Shown: in pieces, positions 59,528 through 64,000 of the stretch
How the letters are laid out: each line of letters opens with the position of its first letter
How positions within the stretch are numbered: position 1 is the stretch's first letter
NCBI GenBank assembly: GCA_963732935.1
Contig: CAVTBK010000002.1
Span: forward strand, 611,650-675,649
Origin: an uncultured Acidobacteriota bacterium
Lineage (GTDB): Bacteria > Acidobacteriota > Vicinamibacteria > Fen-336
Length of the DNA stretch: 64,000 nucleotides
Direction: 5' to 3'
The notes under the pieces: model-generated
What the model was told of the DNA's origin: nothing
The model's database searches: none
The model's input: only the letters and a program-made list of their open reading frames with translations
Translations under genes and position numbers: made by a program

Positions 59528-61605
59528 GCACGCCCTCCGTCGGCCCTCCTCCCGAGACCAGCCTGCTCGGTCGTGAGCTGGACCTGCGCTACTACGCGGA
59601 GCTGCTCTGGCACCGGAGGATCCTGCTTGCCGCCACCGCCCTCGGAGGCCTGCTGCTCGGCGTCCTGGCCGGCGAGCTGCAGGTTCCCCGTTACCGGGCC
59701 CGCGCGCTGCTGCAGGTGATGCCGCCCAATCCCACCTCGCTGAGCGTGACCGACGCTCTGGTGCAGACCGGCAACCCGCTCCGGGATCGGCAGTTCTTCA
59801 ACACGCAGCTGAGCGTCCTGCGCTCCCGGGCGGTCGCGGAGCGGGCGATCGAGAAGCTCAAGCTCACGCCCGCGGCCGGGCGCCCCGATCCTGTCGCCGT
59901 GCTCTTGCGCTCGCTCACGGTCGAGCCGATACCCGAGACCTACGTGGTCGAGGTGAACGTCACCCACGACGACCCGAAGGATGCCGCGCTCTGGGCCAAC
60001 ACTCTCGTCGACGTCTACATGGACTACAGCATCGAGGGCCAGGTGGAAGCCGCCCGGCGCGCCTACGAGTGGGTGAACCAAAGGCTCGCCGAGACCCAGG
60101 TGGGCATGCAGGAGGCGCAGGACAAGCTGCTCAAGAGCTATCAAGGCCAGGACGTGTTCGTGCCCCAGGGCGGCGTCTCCTCGATCACGACCTCGATCTC
60201 GAGGCTGACCGACGACCACGTCCTCGCCCAGGCGCGCCGGATCGAGCTGGAGGCCGAGATCGGGGACTTCGCGGCGATGCGCCGGCAGGGGCGCCCGCTG
60301 GACTCGATCCCGCAGGTGGGCGACGATCCCGCGATCGCGGAGATCAACAGCCAGCTCCAGGCGCTCACGCTCGATCTCGCCCGGCTCCGCGCCAAGTACA
60401 AGGAGGGCCACCCCGAGGTCCGCAAGGTGCAGGCGCAGATGCAGCAGCTGCACGCGGACTACGATTCGCGGGTCACCCAGATCGAGGAGGGCCTGCACGC
60501 CCAGCATCGTCAGCTCGAGCGGCGCGAGGCGGAGCTCGAGCAGGCGATCGAGGACCACAAGTCGCGCGCCGCCGAGCAGAGCCGCAAGCTCACCGAGCTC
60601 GAGTCCCTCAAGAAGCGCGCCGACTCGGCAGCGGGCCTCTACGGCGTCCTGCTCCAGAAGCTGAACGAGACGAACATCGCCTCCTCGATCCAGAACAACA
60701 ACATCCGCCTGCTCGACCGGGCCGTCGCGCCGACGCGTCCCTTCTGGCCGCGCAAGCGCCGGATCGCGCTCGGTACGCTGGTGGTGGGGCTTTTGCTGGG
60801 AGCCGGCTGGGTGCTGCTCCGCGACGCGCTCGACGACACGCTCAAGACCACGGACGACGTCGAGCGTCACCTGCACCTCGAGGTGCTCGCGGTGATCCCT
60901 CGCTACGCGGCGGGCGACGCCGCCCTCGCCACCGAGGCCTACCAGAACCTGCGCACCGCTCTCATCTTCGCTCGCCGAGCCGGCGCCGGGCACACGGTGC
61001 TGGTGACGGGCACCGCACCCGGAGAAGGCAAGACGACGACACTCGTGAACCTGGCCCGGCTGCTGGCCGTCTCGGGCGAGAGTGTCGTGATGGTCGACTG
61101 CGACCTGCGGCGCGCGAAGCTGCACCTGGAGCTGGACCTGCCTCGCGAGCCCGGGCTCACGGACTTCTTCGTCGAGGAGCTCGAGCCGACCCGCCTGGTT
61201 CGCGCGACGCGGCTTCCCGGGTTGTCACTGATCCCCTCGGGTCGGCTGCCGCCGCATCCGCCCGCCCTGCTCGCCCGGCCGGAGCTCGGGTCACTGCTCG
61301 ACGCCCTCAAGGCCCGGCACCGCTGGGTCCTGGTCGACTCGCCGCCGGTCGCCGCCGTCACCGACGCGTTGCTGCTCGCGCCGCATGCCGATTCGACGCT
61401 GCTCGTCGTCCGACAGAACAAGGTCGACCGCGCGACCGTCAAGCGGGCGGTGGCCGCGCTGCGCAAGGCGACCCCGCGCCTGAGCGGGGTGGTTCTGAAC
61501 GCCGTCGACGTCCGGAACAAGGATTACTACGCCTACTCCGAGTACCGGGAGCGCGGGGCGAAGCCGGAGCGCGCCCGCGCCGCCGACGGAGAGCCGAAGG
61601 CGTGA
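59524..61605 (+). CDS. polysaccharide chain-length determinant / tyrosine autokinase (Wzc/GumC-like)
   Basis: 693 aa. Wzz N-terminal domain, long coiled coil, P-loop VTGTAPGEGKTTTLVNLA, and a Tyr cluster (YYAYSEY) at the C-terminus. Confidence 0.85.
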   Translation: MSTPSVGPPPETSLLGRELDLRYYAELLWHRRILLAATALGGLLLGVLAGELQVPRYRARALLQVMPPNPTSLSVTDALVQTGNPLRDRQFFNTQLSVLRSRAVAERAIEKLKLTPAAGRPDPVAVLLRSLTVEPIPETYVVEVNVTHDDPKDAALWANTLVDVYMDYSIEGQVEAARRAYEWVNQRLAETQVGMQEAQDKLLKSYQGQDVFVPQGGVSSITTSISRLTDDHVLAQARRIELEAEIGDFAAMRRQGRPLDSIPQVGDDPAIAEINSQLQALTLDLARLRAKYKEGHPEVRKVQAQMQQLHADYDSRVTQIEEGLHAQHRQLERREAELEQAIEDHKSRAAEQSRKLTELESLKKRADSAAGLYGVLLQKLNETNIASSIQNNNIRLLDRAVAPTRPFWPRKRRIALGTLVVGLLLGAGWVLLRDALDDTLKTTDDVERHLHLEVLAVIPRYAAGDAALATEAYQNLRTALIFARRAGAGHTVLVTGTAPGEGKTTTLVNLARLLAVSGESVVMVDCDLRRAKLHLELDLPREPGLTDFFVEELEPTRLVRATRLPGLSLIPSGRLPPHPPALLARPELGSLLDALKARHRWVLVDSPPVAAVTDALLLAPHADSTLLVVRQNKVDRATVKRAVAALRKATPRLSGVVLNAVDVRNKDYYAYSEYRERGAKPERARAADGEPKA

Positions 61606-62429
61606 GGTCCAGCGCGCGCCCACGACTGCCTTGGGCCGCGATGGCGCTCCTGGCTCTCGTCGCCGGTGGCGCCGCGACGCGCGCCCCCACTCCGCCGCCG
61701 ATCGCGCGGCTGGCCTTCGCCGAGCCGAAGGACGAGGTGGCCCTGGACGACGGGGGCGGGCGCAGCGCGTCCGAGGGTTCCGCGGTCACGCTGGGCGAGA
61801 CGGTGAGGGTCGGCCGCGACGCGGTGGCGCGGCTGGAGCTGCCCTGGATGACGCTGACGCTCGGCTCGGACGCCCGCCTGCGTTTCTCCGACGCGTTCCT
61901 GCTCTCCGTGCGGCTCGAGAGCGGGCGCGCGCTGATCGCGTCCGAGACCCACGACTGCCTGAAGGTCGTGACGGGCGAGGCGGAGGTTCGCGGTCGCGGG
62001 CGCGCGGTCGTGCGTCGGCGCGAGCACGCGACCCTCGTCACCTGTCTATCGGGCCGCTTCGAGGTCTTCTCGGCCAAGGGCTCGGCCACGCTCGACCCGG
62101 GCCAGGGGATCGTCGCCCTGGCCGGCCGGCCGCCCGGCCCGCCCCTGGCGACGCCTGAGGCGCCCGCGGTGGTCTGGCCCGGTCGTGACCCCGTCTACGT
62201 CGAGCGCGGAGCGCCGATCGAGCTGCGCTGGTCGGGCGAGGCACCCTCCTACCACCTCGAGCTGCTGCCGGTCGGGAGTGACGTGGTGCTGCTCCAGCGC
62301 GACGTCCTGGCCTCGCCCGAACGGATCGAGATCCCGTGGCACGGGGCCTTCCGCTGGCGCGCGTCCGCCCTGGACCACCGCGGGCTCGAGGGACCGCCTT
62401 CCGGAGAGGGGTTGATCGCCGTCGAGTGA
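61602..62429 (+). CDS. FecR-domain protein with C-terminal Ig-like domain
   Basis: 275 aa. The GTG overlaps the upstream stop. ..VTLGETVRVGRDAVARLELPWMTLTLGSDARLRF..EAEVRGRGRAVV fits the FecR pattern. Confidence 0.6.
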   Translation: MRSSARPRLPWAAMALLALVAGGAATRAPTPPPIARLAFAEPKDEVALDDGGGRSASEGSAVTLGETVRVGRDAVARLELPWMTLTLGSDARLRFSDAFLLSVRLESGRALIASETHDCLKVVTGEAEVRGRGRAVVRRREHATLVTCLSGRFEVFSAKGSATLDPGQGIVALAGRPPGPPLATPEAPAVVWPGRDPVYVERGAPIELRWSGEAPSYHLELLPVGSDVVLLQRDVLASPERIEIPWHGAFRWRASALDHRGLEGPPSGEGLIAVE

Positions 62430-62481
62430 CCGCCGCGCGAGGGAGACGGGCGGCCGGTGTCCAGCGCGAGAGGCGGCCTGC

Positions 62482-63378
62482 TCAGCGTGAGGGTGGGTAG
62501 CCCCGGGCGGAAACGAACTCCCAGCGGAAGGCCTCCGGCACCGGCCCCGCGCTGCCCTCGAAGACGCCCGTGTCGAGCGCGTTCACACCCGGCTTCTTGC
62601 GGTCCGGGGCGACGCGCTCCAGCAGGTCGGCGACGCGGGCATCGACCCGGTGCGCGGGCGGCAGCAGGATCAGGGGACGCTCGTCCGCGACGAAGTCCTC
62701 GCCGCTCAAGCGCTCGATCCTGACCTGGATCGCGGTCAGGCGCCAGGCGGTCGCGTTGTAGACGGTGAGCCTCAACGTGTCGCCCGACCAGGCGGCCACC
62801 CCCCGCAGCCTGCGCAGCTCCGCGGCAGGCAAGTCGCTTTCGTCTTCGGCGAGGCTGGGGGCGCTTCGCGCGGGCGCGGCGGCGCCGGGCACGGGAGAGG
62901 GCTCGGCGGCAGACGGGAGCGCCATCGGAGCCCGCCGTGCGCCGGGGGAGCGCAGCGGTGCGGGAGCGGCCGGCGACGCGGCCGAGACGGCGGGGGTCGG
63001 CAGGCTGCTCACAGCGCTTGGCCGCGCTCTCACCAGGGATTCGGCGGAGCGCTGCCGCAGCACCACGAGCGCAACCGCGGCGACGGCGACGATCACGGCC
63101 AGGCCCGCGAGCAGGCGAAGGGCGGTCGTGCCCTTCCTGGTCGGCGGGACCGACTCGGCCCTGTCCGCCAGGGGTGGCGCGCCCTCCGGTGAACGCGACT
63201 GCTCGAGCCGCCGTTCGATCTCGGTGACTGCCTCGGCGAGGGTCCAGTCGCGGAGGCCTTTGCGCCAGACGAGCACCGCGCGTGGATCAGGCTCGGCACG
63301 GACGGCCGTGACGACCTCCTCGAGCGAGAAGGGCCCTCGCCTCTGGGCGCCCTGCGCGAAGAACCAGCGCTCCCGCAT
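62482..63378 (-). CDS. GYF_2 (DUF4339) domain membrane protein
   Basis: 298 aa. WFFAQGAQRRGPFSLEEVV..VWRKGLRDWTLAEAV, then a TM helix (LLAGLAVIVAVAAVALVVL). Confidence 0.65.
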   Translation of the reverse strand: MRERWFFAQGAQRRGPFSLEEVVTAVRAEPDPRAVLVWRKGLRDWTLAEAVTEIERRLEQSRSPEGAPPLADRAESVPPTRKGTTALRLLAGLAVIVAVAAVALVVLRQRSAESLVRARPSAVSSLPTPAVSAASPAAPAPLRSPGARRAPMALPSAAEPSPVPGAAAPARSAPSLAEDESDLPAAELRRLRGVAAWSGDTLRLTVYNATAWRLTAIQVRIERLSGEDFVADERPLILLPPAHRVDARVADLLERVAPDRKKPGVNALDTGVFEGSAGPVPEAFRWEFVSARGYPPSR

Positions 63379-63390
63379 GAGCGTCGTGCC

Positions 63391-64000
63391 TCAGCGCGGG
63401 GCGAGGGAGCGCGACTGCTCGGTAGAGGCGCCAGCGAGGGTCGCGCGCACGATGAGCTCCCTGGCGTCGCCGCTCTGCAAGTACTCGCTGAAGGAGCCGT
63501 CGCCCATCACCCGGGTGGCCACGCCGTTCAACGTCACCGCCGCCCGCGGGTCGGCATGCCCCGCCACCAGGACGATGCCGGGCGCCACTTGCTCGACCGA
63601 ATCGAGCCCGAGCCGCGGCGGAGCGGCCGGACGAGGGGAGGCGCTGGGCCGCGGCTCGGGCACGACGATCGCGAAGAGGGACGTGCGCGAGAAGGCACCC
63701 TCGAGCCCCGCCTGGCTCACCGCCGCCACCCTCCAGAAGTAGCGGCCCTTCTCGAGCCCGGCCAGCTCGCGACTGGTACCGGTTATCCCCGGCTCGTCGA
63801 GCGCCGCCGAGAGGAGCAGGTTGGCCTGGGCGACGTTGTAGTCGATCGCGAGTCGGTAGCTCGCCCCGCCGGGCGAGGGCGTCCAGCTGAGCTCGGCGAC
63901 GGCGCCGGCGGGGATCTGAGCGCTGGCTGCGGGCGCCACGAGTGTCGGCGGCGGCGGCAGCGGCAGCTTGCCGCCGGCCTGGCCGGCCGCGTCCACCTGC
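63391..64000 (-). CDS. Ig/FN3-like domain protein, C-terminal part (continues beyond the window)
   Basis: The ORF is open to the window edge. ..YRLAIDY..GRYFWRVAAVSQAGLEG.. resembles the C-terminal domain of the FecR-domain protein at 61602..62429. Confidence 0.5.
   Translation of the reverse strand, partial: QVDAAGQAGGKLPLPPPPTLVAPAASAQIPAGAVAELSWTPSPGGASYRLAIDYNVAQANLLLSAALDEPGITGTSRELAGLEKGRYFWRVAAVSQAGLEGAFSRTSLFAIVVPEPRPSASPRPAAPPRLGLDSVEQVAPGIVLVAGHADPRAAVTLNGVATRVMGDGSFSEYLQSGDARELIVRATLAGASTEQSRSLAPR

Overview
Very GC-rich (about 70% G+C by eye, not computed) chromosomal fragment from a diderm bacterium. Marker genes: Pal, TolC-type OMP, TatA, Wza/Wzc-type export, several Ser/Thr kinases, and BNR, FISUMP, DUF4388 and GYF_2 proteins. 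This suggests a Myxococcota/Acidobacteriota-like lineage, but the taxon cannot be fixed from sequence alone. The GC content means nearly every real gene is shadowed by long antisense or off-frame ORFs. I called genes from recognisable family motifs, signal peptides and start/stop coupling (many GTGA/ATGA overlaps, frequent GTG starts). Positions 1-20 kb are accessory. They hold two paralogous integron platforms in direct orientation: 15260-18320 with full-length intI, and 591-2724 with an in-frame-deleted intI. In both, intI is transcribed toward the cassettes and a conserved attI-like block sits directly after the intI stop codon. There are four attC sites with near-identical arms. The cassettes encode a secreted hypothetical, a lipoprotein, an LCMT-type methyltransferase and phd-doc. 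The same region contains two toxin-antitoxin pairs whose toxins are broken, remnants of two other tyrosine recombinases, a duplicated 54-60 aa ORF, an IS630 remnant and a run of multiply frameshifted pseudogenes. Between the integrons lies a TolC-MFP-RND-OmpR/HK operon; a response-regulator-like direct-repeat box occurs upstream of it and again downstream of its kinase gene. The remaining 44 kb is mostly core genes: uvrA, treS, M13 peptidase, moaC/moeA, pal, tatA, a polyamine-type operon and an EPS export locus. Oddities there: a deoxyhypusine-synthase-like gene broken by about nine frame changes inside an otherwise intact coupled operon; a LysW-like 55-aa ORF absent from the ORF track and GTGA-coupled to a LarE-type sulfurtransferase; a membrane protein with a Cys-rich LPICxxCKxIRDD...HGxCPxC tail; and an HPD-less J-domain protein downstream of a kinase operon. 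No rRNA, tRNA or CRISPR array was found.
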